A DNA stretch of 63,766 bases, counting the filler, from Conidiobolus incongruus B7586 (taxonomy: Eukaryota): the NCBI GenBank assembly GCA_000697335.1. It is 15 parts of 15 records of this genome, joined end to end, with 100 filler letters (N's around TTAATTAATTAA, not from the genome) between each part and the next. Parts side by side here need not be neighbours in the genome. Positions count along the whole stretch, not along the records: positions 1 to 14,472 come from JNEM01004207.1; 14 more parts are not named here. One strand, 5' to 3'. Below, one piece after another: positions 1 through 14,572 of this stretch. Below the pieces are notes generated by a model. The model was given only the letters and a program-made list of their open reading frames with translations, did no database searches and was not told the DNA's origin. How positions within the stretch are numbered: position 1 is the first letter of the stretch; every line of letters begins with the position of its first letter. Position numbers and translations under genes: made by a program.

Positions 1-427
1 TTTTTTTAAAAAAATAATTTTTAAATGATATTCTCAATATAAATTAAAATTACTTATTATTTTATATGATAATTATAAAATATATAAAACAAAAGCTATA
101 AAAGATTTTTTATATAAAAAACTAAACAAAAGAAACCATATCTAATATATTCACCTGATTATAACTTAGGTGATTATAATTTTTTTAGATAATTAAAAAA
201 ATAACTTATAAAAAAAATAATCCTTATAAATAAATTAAATTAATTTATGAAATATCAAATTTTAGTTTTTAATAAAAATAATAATTTTTTAAATATTAGA
301 AGCTTACCAAAAGTATAGAAAAATATTATTAATAATAAAAGATACTATTAATTTTATATTATTTATTAAATTATTTTATTTAATTTGAATTTCAAAATTA
401 TACTATTACTTAATTTCTATACTAATA
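1..427 (+). mobile_element. Degenerate mariner (DD34D) transposon, 3' half
   Basis: Reads IILYDNYKIYK...YSPDYNLGDYNFF (YSPD at 148-159, mariner YSPDLAP motif)...RSLPKV*KNIINNKRYY*. Ends in a TIR-like sequence (394-425, revcomp TTAGTATAGAAATTAAGTAATAGTATAATTTT) followed by TA. Aligns by eye with 51340-51650. Confidence 0.8.
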
Positions 428-3149
428 ATGATCTTAAGAAATAATATTACCTCTTTTCAATTAAAATTCAATAATTCTAAAGTATTCAAATAATAATATT
501 TAATTATCTATTTTTTAATAATATTATAATTCTATTACTAAATTTTAGAATTAAAAATATATTGATTATAATAAATAATAATATTTTAATTAATAACAAT
601 TATTTAAAACTATAATTTTGAATAAATTTATTCAATATGAAAATATGTATTAAGCTTAATTGAATATTTGTGAGAGATAGAAAAATTCAAATATAAAAGT
701 TATTTAATTTTAAATTAAAATTTTGTTATTAAACCTTAATTCCAATATTAGATATTTTTATTCATTATCATAGTTATTGATTTATAAGCTAAGTTTATAT
801 ATATAATATAAAATATCTTATATATTATACACTCATTATTAAGCACAGGATTGATACTTTAGAATATCCAATAAATAAAATGGTTTTAAATGATAAGTAA
901 TATTAAACTAATGAGTTACCACTTAAAAATAAGAATTTTTATTTCAATATCATAACATCGAATATATTGCCGGATAAAAAAATTTGAGAAATTGTATAAT
1001 TCAAAATATATAATAAATATATTAAATTTAAAAAATATTTTTTAACGATAAAACATACTTTCAATCCCGACTATATTTTTATCAATAAAATATAAATTCA
1101 TTGAATTTATTGTGAGGAATGATTACCAATGATAAAAATTATAATTTCTCAATTGATAATGAATTTATTAATCAAAATAAAAAAGCGTATAATTAAGCTA
1201 ATAGCTCATTCATCAAATGGCAAAAATAAACATTATTATTTTTATTTTTATTTTGTTTTAATAATAATCGAAATTAATTATCTACTTATTCTCACCGATA
1301 ATTAATACCAACTAGTTTTGGATAATTTAAAAAATAATTAATGGCATTAAAATGAGGAAAGAACAAAAAAGATAAGCAATGTAATATTATTTTAATCTTA
1401 GATAATTTAATTAATTAATATTTTAATAAATATTATTATAGAATAATTCAATTAAATATTATAATTTTAGAAAATTAATAAAAATAATAAATTTAAAATA
1501 TTATTAAATTAAATTTATTGAATTTGATATAGTTATTTTAATAAATTAGGAATATATTTATATATAATCAAATTTTTTAAAAGAAACTATTTTTACTGAC
1601 TTGAAAACTCTCAAATATTTAAGATGTATTGAAATATAATGAAATTTTCCTATTTATTAATCTTATATTTGATTATAAGTGAATTTGACGTTTTTGAATA
1701 ATTTTGTTTAATTTTGAAGGAATGATTAATAATTACTTAATTATATAAATTGCGCCCTTGTCAAAATATTATTTATTAAAGTTATCTTGTTATATTAAGA
1801 TTATAAGAAGGTTCTATTCTATTTATTGTTTATTATTTATTATTTATCACCAAATGTGATGCATAAATATTAAGTTGATAAAAATTCATCTGCTTTATAT
1901 ATAATTAGCAAATACTGAATATATATTAAAATTTTATTCTCTACTAAGTCAATTGATTATTGAAATAAACAAAAATGTAAATAATTTGATTTGGCATAAA
2001 TTTTTAATTCATTTTGAAAATTTTACTATATTTACATTTAATTTTCAATCATTTAAGACAAAATATATAAGTATATTATTAATTCAATTATAAGCCCATA
2101 CAAAATATATTTAGTATACATAAGTTGTTAAATTATTTAAATCCCGAAAAAAGCTTTATTAGATATTTTTAGATCGAAAATTTATACATATAATTAATAT
2201 TAATAAACAATATATTCTGGAATAATTATTTATTAATTTTTATTTAAGATTGTCAGATTGAATAGAATTTGTTAAATATAATATATACTTATTTTAAAAT
2301 CAAAGGATATAACCTAAATTTTATAATCTATATATTATCATATCAATTGAGAACACATTGAAAAATTTTAATTAAAATCTGTTCAATTTTTGAAAATTTG
2401 AAAATTGATTTTACTTATAATATGAACAAGCTATTATTCTGATATTAAAAGATTATTTATTAATGAATTATTGAAAACTTAAATTTAGCTAATAAATATT
2501 TATTATTATGTATAAATAATTTACAAAGAACGAGTATCTAATATTATTAATGATATCATGTTAGCTGAAAAGATTGTTTATTAAAATGATCACGTAATAG
2601 TTCAAAACTATGGTTAAATTAAGCTGCCCTTACCCTATATCCAATAAAATTCTCCATAAAATGCAAAGCCTAAAGCATGTAGCTTAATGCTCATCAATAG
2701 ATTTAGACATGAAATAATTAATTTTCAAGATTATAATTTGAGAAATATAGATCAGATAATTAACATCAATATCAAAAGAGTTGAATGATTATTTAGTAAA
2801 AATACCTCAATTATATTATATGATTAGATTAATTAATCAAAAAGTTTAAAAGTTTAAACTTTCAAACTTTTTTTGATAATATTAAACAAATAATTTAGTA
2901 TGTATAAATGAGGTAACCTTAAAATTCTACTAAAAAAAATTTTTAACTCAATTAATTATAACAAAAGTATTAAAACTGTTATATCGGAATTATTGTAAAA
3001 TTAAATGGATAAAATTATAAATAATTTTAAAAACCTGTATAATTCAATATTTTATATAATCGGAAACTTATGTATTAAAATTATTTTATATTTATTTAAA
3101 TTTATTATTTTTTTTAAGAATTTTGAGTGAAATTATTATGAGTTTAACA

Positions 3150-3728
3150 ATGAAAATTAGAGTTTTGCTCTTGATCACAGGATTGAGTGGATTTTCTTAA
3201 TTGAATTTGATTGGTATCCACTTGCAAAATGATTTGCTGGATATCCAGTATATTGATATTTAACTGATACGTATCCACTCTGTATTATTACCATTTTGTG
3301 ATATGACAGTTTGCGATTCGGATGATTAAATAGATAATACGGTAATAAAAGCTAAGACCAGAAAGTTGATTTAGATGGTTTAGTACAAAATTTTTGCCAA
3401 AATAGACATCGCTTAATTAACGATTAATTAAATATTTAATTTTAACTAATTACCATTTTCTCAAATGTCTCTCCATTACTTTTTTGATGATTTTTCCTGA
3501 ACCAAATGAATTATTTCTCTTTCTAGAATTTTGAGCGATGCTTATTATTTAATACATCGGATCTATTCTAGCGGATATGGGTAATGGATAATTTAATTGC
3601 TTGTGAAATTTGCACTTGGTTTAAAAATAATCTAATCTCATCAAATTACTAATACATTAGAGAATCCATATAAAATTAACTGGAACGATGATTTTACCAA
3701 AACGAATTGTTTAATAACTATTTTCATT
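3150..3728 (-). pseudogene. Possible relic of a spliced protein-coding gene (unidentified)
   Basis: GC-elevated island. One minus frame reads protein-like with scattered stops (...GETFEKM/RCLFWQKFCTKPSKSTFWS*LLLPYYLFNHPNRKLS...) across a candidate GTAATT...TAAG intron near 3412-3453. Confidence 0.25.
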
Positions 3729-6700
3729 TCAATCCCGAAAAACTTTCATATTTTTTAACAGGATTTGAATTATTCAAAATTAAAATTGAAACGTAAGAAT
3801 TAATTATATTGATCATATTCAATTAGTAGACAATAACTAATTGCGCATGAATTATTGGCGGAACAGTATGTTTACAAATCATTTGTCACATTCTCATATT
3901 TACCACAAATATATTTTTACTTATAAACAAACTATGAATATTTGTTTATATACTTTTGTGTATTAATTTTAAATTCTGTATTTAATTTAATATAAATAAA
4001 TTTGATAAAATATAATTAAAGCTTAAAACTCAATTAAACTTCAATACTTGGATAAAATTGGAAACTCATTATTGCTATTAAAGATGAAATTCACATAACA
4101 TTTAAACGTAGTACAAGTCATGAAAACTTGATATTAAAACAATAAAAATACACTTGCTTTAAGTACCTTGGCTAATTGTACAAAGATATCTATGAAATAA
4201 TGAATTAACTTAAATGATTTCTTATTAATAATTCATATGATAAGTTTTTCTAATTTAAATAATAATTTTTAAAAATTAATTAACCGGAATTTTTTTATAT
4301 CAAAAAAAAACAAATAAAATAAAATTTTTATATAAAATTTTTAAATTATTATTTTGTAATTAATTTTAAAAAAAAAACTTTTTATTTTATTATTAATTAT
4401 TAATTATTATTATTATTTCTAAATTAATATTATTTAAAATTCTTATTTTAATAATCATTATATTTAATCTAATTATTTTAGTTCAAGAAAAATTATTATT
4501 TTTTTTTTAAAATGAATTATATTAAAATATAAAATTAATATCTTATATAATTATTTTTATTATTTTTGAAAATTCAATAATTATGAATATAATATTAATA
4601 ATAATAATAATATGTATTGTTAAATAACTTGTTAAAATGATATATATATGAATTACATATTATTTTGATAAATAATATTGGATATAAAGATTAAAAAAAT
4701 ATTCAAATTCATTTTTTTATCAATTATAAATTTAACAATTTATATATCATAGTAAAATAATTTTAACAATATAATTTAGTATTGTAAATATATATATATT
4801 TGATCTTAAATTTAATAATTTATTAATATCAAAGTTAAAAAAATATTATATTATTAACAAATTATTTAGAATAGTAAAATTTTAAAACGGATAAATAAAT
4901 TATTATTTTTTAAATAGTATTAACTAAATATAGTTATCATTTTTAATGTTATATTTAAGACAATAGATAATTATAATTAATTATAAAATTTATGTCATTA
5001 AATTGTGGTTAATATTTACCAAAAATAAAGTAAAGTAAAATAAATATCACCGATCGAAGCAAAAAAGTCGAAATTGAATTCTATTGGTAATTTCAAGTAT
5101 GCAAGAATTAATTAAATTATTTAGATTGTAACTGATATGGTTCTGTATGAAAAAAAAGGCATTTATGCGATAGGAATAAATATTTATAACAGCTATTCTT
5201 TATTATATTCAAGCGCATTACTTTATAAAATTAATTGTAAAATTGATGAAAAAAATGTGGCGAATAATAGCCAATAATATAATTTACATTGATTTAATTG
5301 AATCAGTAATTTTATTGTCGAAGAAAATTTTAAATTTACAAATTACAGTCTATGATTTCATGCATAATAATCAATTCGTCAGAAACATAACCATTAAATC
5401 CGTCTATTATATGTACCATATAATTTTTGTTAAAAGATTTACGCTTTAATCCTCATTAATTCACAAATTAGTAATATACTCATGTATGGATACAGTCCTG
5501 TACTGTAACTTAAATTATCAATTAATTTTTTTAATTAGATAAACTAAGATTGGTAGGTAAACAATATTAAAAACTTGCATTTTACCGATCATTATAGTCA
5601 AACAATAAACCCAATCAAATAAATAATGTAAAAAGTAATAAAGATGAATCTAAATATTCTTTTATCTGTATAAGATATAAAACTTATTTAGTTCTAAAGT
5701 ATAATTTACTAAATTTAAATATTAAAAATATGATCTATTACTATTAAATAAATTATTTTTACAATTGACTTAAATTCACACCAAAATTAACTTAATAGTT
5801 AACGAATAATAATTTATTTTTTTTTCTATAATTATTATGAATCTTGCTGAATTTGTTAATTTAATTACACTAACATCTAAGTTTATATAATGGCATCAAT
5901 ATCTAGTTTTATATTTTAACTTATATAAAATATGATTAAAAATATTATATTATTTTCTTAATATTATTAATGACATAAAAATTAAATGCTTGAATTTTTA
6001 CCAATTGTTAGAGAAAAAAACTTTTAAAAATTAAATAATTTATCAAAATATTAATAATATTTCAAAAAGGATCCAAAAAAGTCTCAAATAGTCTTAATAT
6101 ATATTTATGTATTATATGAATATTTAATTATAATAAATATTAACATTCAGGTTAGTATTATTTTTAAATAACTAAATTAAAAGTAAATTTAATCTAAAAT
6201 AATTTAAGTTTGGGAAATTTAATTAATTTTTATTATTAATTATTAGTTTTTAAAATCAGGTTTAAACATAAAGTATTAAGTCAAATAAAAATAATACAAT
6301 TAATTATTCAATAATATATATCTTTTATTGATATAAATTTAATATTATAAACCCAAACTATTGATAAATTAAAGTATATAAATATTTAAGCGATTATTCA
6401 ATAATTAAATTTGGGTTTACAAATAACTCTATGTAATCCTAGTAGATATTATATTCATTCCAATTGAATTATCAAATAAATTTGGTTTGATGTTCGTTAT
6501 TGGAATTTTATGAGTGTATGTATTCAATTATGTTTAGCGCTATCGAGTATCTATATTTGTTTTTTGTTAATATGATAAATTTAGCAAATGCTATTTGGAA
6601 TGAAGTATTAATTTGAAATATTAAATAATTTTCTTTAAATATAAATTAAGTTGATTATATTATATAATATCTTAAATTTGATCAACGTATTAAGTTTTGT

Positions 6701-7470
6701 TAGATAAGAATTTTTCTCTTGAACCTTAAAGAAAAATATCCAAAATATATATATATATATATAATAATTTTATTTTAAGATTTTTAACATCTAATGTTCT
6801 TTTAATATTTTCATTTACAAACCTTATTAATTGATTATTGATTATCGATCATATTTTTAATCTATAAATTAATATTTAATACTGAGTTTTTGATATCATT
6901 TAAGCTTGAGTTAATAGGAACAATTTTCAAAATCAGATAATAATTAATATTATCTATCATTCCAACAAAAACATAAATTGATATTACTAAAAATAATATT
7001 TTTTTTATTTTATAAAATATTTCTTCCATTTATATATATTTGAAAATATACTATTAATATACTAAATATGTTGATAATCTGTATTATATTATTTTTTTCT
7101 TCAAATTTATCCAACTGTTGATCAACTTGATTGATTATTTTTCTAAGTCTTCAATAAATTAATAATATTTAAAAAATCTTCCCGACATTGGAAGAAATAA
7201 GTCATTCAAAAAAATATATCCTATAAATTAACCTAATCAAATTTAAGTATAATTATTATATCTATATAAAATAGTTGTAAATTGATTTTTCTTTATTTCA
7301 CCTGATGGTATCTTTAGTTGCTTATCAACTGATTTAAGGTACTCGATTCTTCAGTACATATATTAAAATTGCTAGGGAAAATTTTAATTTCTTTCAAAGA
7401 ACTTCGAATTTATTTCCAAAATTAGAAATTATCACTCCCATTTGTTATTTTTTTTTGTTCGACATTTATC

Positions 7471-7488
7471 AGAGAGAGAGAGAGAGAG
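7471..7488. repeat. (AG)9 microsatellite
   Basis: Direct reading: agagagagagagagagag. Confidence 0.9.
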
Positions 7489-8755
7489 GGAATTTATTAG
7501 TTACATTAATTTTGTATAATGGCAAAATGGAATTTATCAAGTTTAAAATTATGATCAATATAAGTAAATATATAGTATATATTTCTTATAACTTAAAAAA
7601 TATATAGGTTGTATTGAGTTTTTATTCATTTTATTAATTTACTATTTTTTAATAAATATTAGCTATTTTAAATTGGATAGTTTAATAATATAAATTTATA
7701 ATTTGATAATTTCAATATGGTCATTTTAACAAAATATAATATTATATAGTTTAATATCAAATAATAAATAAAATTTATTATAATTTATAAAATTTTAATA
7801 TATAATCTCAATTAATATTTTAATTATATTAATATTTCATTGAATAGATTATTTCTTTTTTTATTAAATATTTATATATTTGATCAGATTAATTTTTTTA
7901 AAAAAATTATTATTTAAAATCTTATATAAATACGAAAATGGAAAAATGAATATATCATATCTATTAAATAATATTACTAATAGTTTAACAAATAATGATA
8001 GATATATTAATTGTTATTTCACATTCACTACTGATACAAAAACAAAGTAAGTATTGAATTTGCTAACATTTTAGCATTTCAATATTCTAAGTAAGCTATG
8101 CTAAATAAATAATATTTAGTCGGAAGAACTATTTGTGAGAAATATTTTTGGATTAAGACTCAAGTTGCACTACCGAGTGAAAATTATATCTTTTCATTGA
8201 AACTCATTCTGATTACTTAATATTATAAAAATACAAAGTTAATAAATATGAGTGGCCAGTGATGTGGTTCATTAGTCCAATCCAATCAAATCCAAATTAT
8301 TCGGACAATAAAAATCGTAAAAGGAAACCACATAAACTTTTCTTTTTTCAGATTTTATGCGCATTAGTTGTTTCGGCACGATAGGAATAGAAGCCTAATT
8401 ATAAAAAATGGTTGGTGATCATTTCATAACTGTGATACAAACAGCAAATATCCCGTTTCTAGTTAAGCCATAGGTGAAACACTCATTCGCACGATACACC
8501 CATATTACATTATATCAGAGAGAACTCACACTCCAATTCAACATGCCTCAAGCACCAATTTTATCATCAATTAATTAACCACTGAAAAATCAGTTCAATT
8601 CAACCAAATTGCACAAAAATCTCATCACTAAGAATTAATTTAGTAAAATTAGGGAAAATTGGATAATTTTTCAATATATAAATAAGTGGGAACTCCAGAC
8701 TAATAGAGTAACCTTTCACTTTTTAACCTCATTTCCTTTTAATGACTTAAAGATC

Positions 8756-9898
8756 ATGGACTCGAAAAGCAAGCTGGATGTAGACAGTGTCAGTACTACA
8801 AATGACACTAGCTCCACTGTTTCTCAACCTGGAGCACCTACTACAACTCCTCCGACTAAGCATAATAGACCATGTGATCAATGTAGAATAAAGAGAGTTT
8901 TTTGTGACAAAAATATCAATGGTTGTAGGCCTTGTGAGAGAAAAAGATTTGTTTGTACTTATAAACTTGAGCATAGGAAGAGGGGTCCAAAGTCAAAATT
9001 TGACGCTACTTTAGATGGTGCCTTAAAGGCATGTGGTTTGGGAACCGATATGGATTCAATTTTCAAGACGATATCTATTATGCCTCAACCAAGAAAAACA
9101 AATCCTCAGCAGATTAATCCTTATCCTTTAAATACCACTCCTCCTCTTTACCCACACACTCGAAGCAATATATCAACGGATTATCCTCTTTATTTAAATC
9201 ATAATATTAACACCGTTCCAGGTTTTAATCCTTATACGATATCTCAGCCAAGTTACAATTCTGTTCCGGTTTCTTATCATCAACTTCCGAACACTCAAAT
9301 AGATACAAGTGTGATGCAGGCTTTGCCCAATCCATCCCAAAGTAATGTCAATAACCCGTTCTTTATACCAAATCAATACACCAACACTCATAAATTCAAC
9401 TCTACACAAGGGCCTTATACTTATCCTATTTATAATCCTTCTTATGGATCTAGCAGCCATAACATGGGCAATAATCTCCAACCAAACTCTTTTCTTGCTA
9501 ATCAAATACCAGTAACTCACCAAGAAGGAGTTTCAGTACAAGGTAATATGAATTTATTATATCCCTATGTACCAAATCCAGCTCCCAATCAAATTCTAAA
9601 CTATTCTCAAAAGCCTTTGGCTACGCCTATACATACTGTATCTGCTCAAGATCAAAGTATCTACGGGGATAACTTTCCTCGACCTTTTCCTCAAAATAAG
9701 CCTTCTGATTTTATGTCAACAACGCAACCTATAACACGTCCGCTTCAACCAATCCAGTCTAGTCCAATCTATCACAATAATAGTAATTTTTCATTATTAG
9801 AATCATCTTATAATTCATCAGCTGACCATCAAGCGAATAGCCAACAATTCCCTTACACTTTATCTTTTGAACCGGAATCAAGTACATCCAATCAGTAA
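8756..9898 (+). CDS. Zn(II)2Cys6 binuclear cluster transcription factor, 380 aa, single exon
   Basis: CDQCRIKRVFCDKNINGCRPCERKRFVCTY matches C-x2-C-x6-C-x6-C-x2-C-x6-C, followed by RKRGPK. The remainder is P/Q/N/S/Y-rich low complexity. GC-rich island. Confidence 0.93.
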   Translation: MDSKSKLDVDSVSTTNDTSSTVSQPGAPTTTPPTKHNRPCDQCRIKRVFCDKNINGCRPCERKRFVCTYKLEHRKRGPKSKFDATLDGALKACGLGTDMDSIFKTISIMPQPRKTNPQQINPYPLNTTPPLYPHTRSNISTDYPLYLNHNINTVPGFNPYTISQPSYNSVPVSYHQLPNTQIDTSVMQALPNPSQSNVNNPFFIPNQYTNTHKFNSTQGPYTYPIYNPSYGSSSHNMGNNLQPNSFLANQIPVTHQEGVSVQGNMNLLYPYVPNPAPNQILNYSQKPLATPIHTVSAQDQSIYGDNFPRPFPQNKPSDFMSTTQPITRPLQPIQSSPIYHNNSNFSLLESSYNSSADHQANSQQFPYTLSFEPESSTSNQ

Positions 9899-12800
9899 GC
9901 ATTTCGTAAAATTTTAAAGGATAATAATATATAGTAGGATAAACTAATTATCATTAAAAAAAATCCTAACATCGAGTTATAAAATACCTGACCAGTTTTA
10001 TCAATCCCCATCGAAAAGTTTATTTTAATGGATTATTGAATCATAGCTGAAAAGGTTACAAAAAAGACGATTCAGAATATATATTGCGGTGCTATATTCC
10101 CTAATTTGTATATAATCATATCACTTTATATCTTTTTCGCATGATACTCAACTTATTTTTATAATCAATTATTATTTTATAAAAAATTATCAAACTATTT
10201 ACAATTAAACTTTCCAATTAATTATATTCAAATTTTCAATTATATATATTTTTTTCTTACATGTATAAGAGAAATTGATTAATTACAGTTTATTTTAATG
10301 AATTGATAAGAAAAATTAATTATTTGTTTTATATCCGACTTACAAATCACTTCAATTAAAACTTTTTCAATTAGAAGTTTGATTGACCTAAATATGGAAT
10401 TAACTTGTAATTTGTTTTTGATTATAAATTTAGAAAACTATGCCAATCCAATTACCAATCACTTGAGAGTTCTATTAATATGATTTAAAGAAAAAAAAAT
10501 TTTTTTATCAATTAAAAATAATTTACAACTGTAATTCTAAAAAAATTTAATAAAATAACACGACTAAATATATTAGATTATTCAATAATCAATTTATTGA
10601 TTATGAAAATTTTTAACATTCAATCTAATTATTATACACGGCTAAATAAACTAATTTCCTGCATTAGTGTAAATTAATATAAATAAGTACCTCAAAAAAA
10701 TTCATTGAAAACTAAAAGAAAATTGAAGAAAAAACATAAAAAATTCAATAATAATATTACTGTATTTTAATTAATCAATTGAATCGGTTATTTGACTTTA
10801 AGGTTCAGTTTAACCCATTAATAGATAAATTATTCTCTCTAATTAATATATTTTAATAAGATAATATAAAAGGTAATTAACTACTATTGTTATATATATT
10901 AAAATTAAACTTAACAATCATACTCATTGAAAAATAAATATTATAACGAAATTAACATTTATCCCCCGATTTTACGCCTATTACAGTTGTAATTACGACA
11001 TCCTAATTGTGTAAATAGTCTCACGTATAAATCCCATTTTATTTGGTAGAACTTGAAAATTATGAAGGATTGAAATATTTAATTATATAAAATATTATAA
11101 TTTATTAGTTTTATCCTAGAATACTTAAATAAGGTATCTGAGAAAGTATGGATGATTTCTAGTGGCCAAGGATTTATATTAATTATTAATGAATTATCGT
11201 ATTTACACCCTTTTATACTAACTTAGTTTGAGTTAATAATGGATTTGATATTGTTTAATATAAATTTCTCATTGTTTCATTCATTCTATTACTGAGTATG
11301 GTAAATTTTAGTATTTTTACCATTCATGAAAAATATATTCCGTTATACTAACAAACAAACTCAATTCCTGATAATAAAAACCCAGAAAAGCATTTATTTT
11401 ATATATCCAATTGAAAGATTTATATTATATATCATAAACAATTTTATTATCAGCAACTTATCAATAATTGATACTCTATCAAGATTCACATATAATGTTA
11501 AATATGATTCAATACAAATTATCCAAGTTTGTTATATTTTGCATTTAATCAAAGATAAAAATTCTCAATTCATATTATATTGAGAAATAATGAGAAAGTA
11601 TCTAGAAGTCAGAATTTCATCTATTAATAGTTATTTGATTAATTATCTGCACACTATCACCATGATCTGTAACAATAAATCAAATTATTTAAGCGAGACG
11701 TGTATGCAAACCTTAAATTTTAATTAAACATTACCAGCTGTGGACTAGATATTGGCTTAGTAACATCCGAAATATCTTCACCACCTTATAATATTCCAAT
11801 TTTCTTGATAATTTTCAATATATTTGTGTTAATAAGTGTATTCGAAAGGTGTTAATTGGAAAGAACGAAATATTATTAGTAATAATTTAATATACAAAGT
11901 GTATATTATAATTTAGAATCATCCGAGTTGTACGATCATTCATATATTTTGGTGTCATTAATCATTCAGAACGTTAGTTTGTTTACCAAAATTAAATATT
12001 TTTAATGACTAGTTTCTCTTTAATATTTGCTGATTTATTTCAAATTAGTCATAATTTTCTACCTTTATTGATTTCATTTTTATTAAGAAGTTGTAGATCT
12101 TCAATACTTGGAGTGGATATACTGCCTATCACTCATTAATTTTTATATTCAAAAACTAGTTTCAGATATTATTGTAGTTGGTATAATTGGATTACGCTTA
12201 CAAATTACGAGCATTGTATACACCCGATAATATAGAAGGCGATATGTAACCTCTTACAATTTGATTTATTATTTATTTATATTCTGTTACTTGGCTTATT
12301 GAATTTGTTTCAGTTAATCTTAAAACATCAATTTTAATAATCAATTAAATGTAAATTTTGAGGATTTTTTAAGCATATTAATATTAACCTCAAATTTAAC
12401 GGTAAGTTATTTATAATCATTAATTTGAATGATTAGATTTTCTTAATAAAGAATTTGATTAGTATGCAATTTTATATCATTATCTCAATCAGCATAATTA
12501 ATGAAATTATAAAAATAAATATACTGAAAAATATAAAAAAATAATTAGCTTTAACAATAAGTATATTTTTAAATCATCATTTTCTAACTATAAGATAAAT
12601 TTATTTTAATTTTAATAATTATAAATTTACTCTGTTAATTATTTAACCATATTTATAATAAACCTACTTTCAAACACCACAAATACCACACTTTTTGAAG
12701 TCTTCATTTAAATCTCCAAAGAGTTATTATTTACAAGTAATCGAAATTGTGGCAATTATGTACAAATATATAAAATTTGATACAATTGTTTTGAATATTA

Positions 12801-14472
12801 TTTTATAGATGTCTCGGAATTATATAAGTTGAAATTTTATGCATAGTTTATTCCATTATTAGTTAAACTGTTATGAATTATTTCAATTATTAAATTCAAA
12901 TACATGGGCTCAGAATATTATATTTAATGAATATAAAACACAGCAAAATGAAAAATCAGTATATTGGAAGATGGTATATAAAATTATATTTTAAATCTTT
13001 TATATTATAATATATAACTACTTTATTGATCAATAGATTATTTAAGTTATTAATCAAGTTTTACATGATAAAGTTCATTAATATTTTTCTACTTCACTAC
13101 TTAAATTTTATTCAATTTAAATTTAACGATTTCAAAGTTAATCTTTACCATCATTGATACCAATCTCAGCATCAATTATCAATATCCCATGTTTTAGTAA
13201 ACTTCAAATACAAAATGATTTCTCAAATAAGTTCGTTCATTGACACAATTGATTCATTATAATTAAAAAAATAAAATACCAAACTCTTAATAACATAATT
13301 AAATAACTCGCAAATCAATTTATCATATATTTTTTATGTTTCTTAATTATTCTACACCAAACAATATACTGAGAAAAAAAATATTAGTTTAATAATTTTT
13401 TTTGAAAATCGAAAATTATTATTTTTCAGAATTTGTCCAAAAAATTCATTTTTCTATATATGAGATCAAAACATATTTTATTAATGAGTTTTTTTAATAT
13501 AGTTAAAACTAAAGAATATTTTAGATAATAAATAAAGTTGGTGCCTTAGAACCTAATATAATATAAATAAAATGGTTGCTTTTATAATAATAGATTCAAA
13601 TGATAACTTGATTATCTTAAATTTCAAATATAAAAATGCATCATATAAACATCATATATATGGATTAATTTATTATCATCATTTTGATATCGGAATGATT
13701 TGTTATATAAAATGTAATATTCACTCTTGTCTAATATTCGTAATAAAGCTAATTAATTTGATACATCTTTACTTTGAAAATATTTTATTCTTTAATATAA
13801 TAAATTGTAATTAAATTTAATATTTTTATTATTAGTGAATTTGAAATTTTATTCTATTTTATATTATAAAAACATTACAATATACAATACTTTTTAAATA
13901 TTTCATGTTTAATATATTATATATTGGATATTAAGACTTAAATTAATATACAAATATATATTAATTTACAAAGTTATTAAATTAATATATTTGTTTATTA
14001 AGGCTAAATTTTATTAGTCTATAATAAAAAAATGGAAAATATTTTAATATTTGAATTTTCAAAAATATTGCTTATTTTAAAAACCAATTAGATATAGAAT
14101 ATATAAAAGAATTTATATTATCATATTATATATATTGTAGTTTTGCTTTATATAAATATTATTTAATTAAAAATTTTAAGTTAAATTTTATTATATTTTA
14201 ATTTAATAATAATTATCAAATGGTTTTTTTATTTTAATATCACTAAAACTCATCAATTATAAATCTTTTTAAATTAATTAAATTTTGTAAACATTTATAA
14301 AAATATTATTTTATCTCAAATTACCATTAATTTTATTAATATTATTTATAATTTTCAAGTGATTTTATTTTAAATTAATTTAAATTTAGGAAATCAATAC
14401 TTATTATTATTTTTTGATTTAATTAAAAATTAAAAATATATTGGATATTATAATTTATTTTATTATTTAATA

Positions 14473-14572
14473 NNNNNNNNNNNNNNNNNNNNNNNNNNNN
14501 NNNNNNNNNNNNNNNNTTAATTAATTAANNNNNNNNNNNNNNNNNNNNNNNNNNNNNNNNNNNNNNNNNNNN
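14473..14572. other. Assembly gap spacer N44-TTAATTAATTAA-N44 (artefact); also starts at 21663, 24723, 30023, 36043, 38071, 43681, 45493, 49875, 52078, 53244, 57949, 60562, 62436
   Basis: Identical 100-bp block 14 times. The 12-mer carries stop codons in all six frames, typical of a synthetic contig linker. Confidence 0.97.

Noticed and set aside
5243..5449. 68-aa ORF; similarly 11326-11583, 13572-13814, 19580-19771, 28437-28619
   Set aside because: I/N/K/Y/F-rich translations expected from AT-rich non-coding DNA; no motifs.
8747..9523. Antisense or alternate-frame ORFs over real genes (also 17361-17628, 19217-19459, 26757-26999, 33738-34107, 40645-41163, 47696-48724)
   Set aside because: Shadows of GC-richer coding sequence with no independent evidence.
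10950..12300. Patchy GC-elevated sequence suggestive of a decayed gene
   Set aside because: No frame gave a recognisable protein; a translated search is needed.
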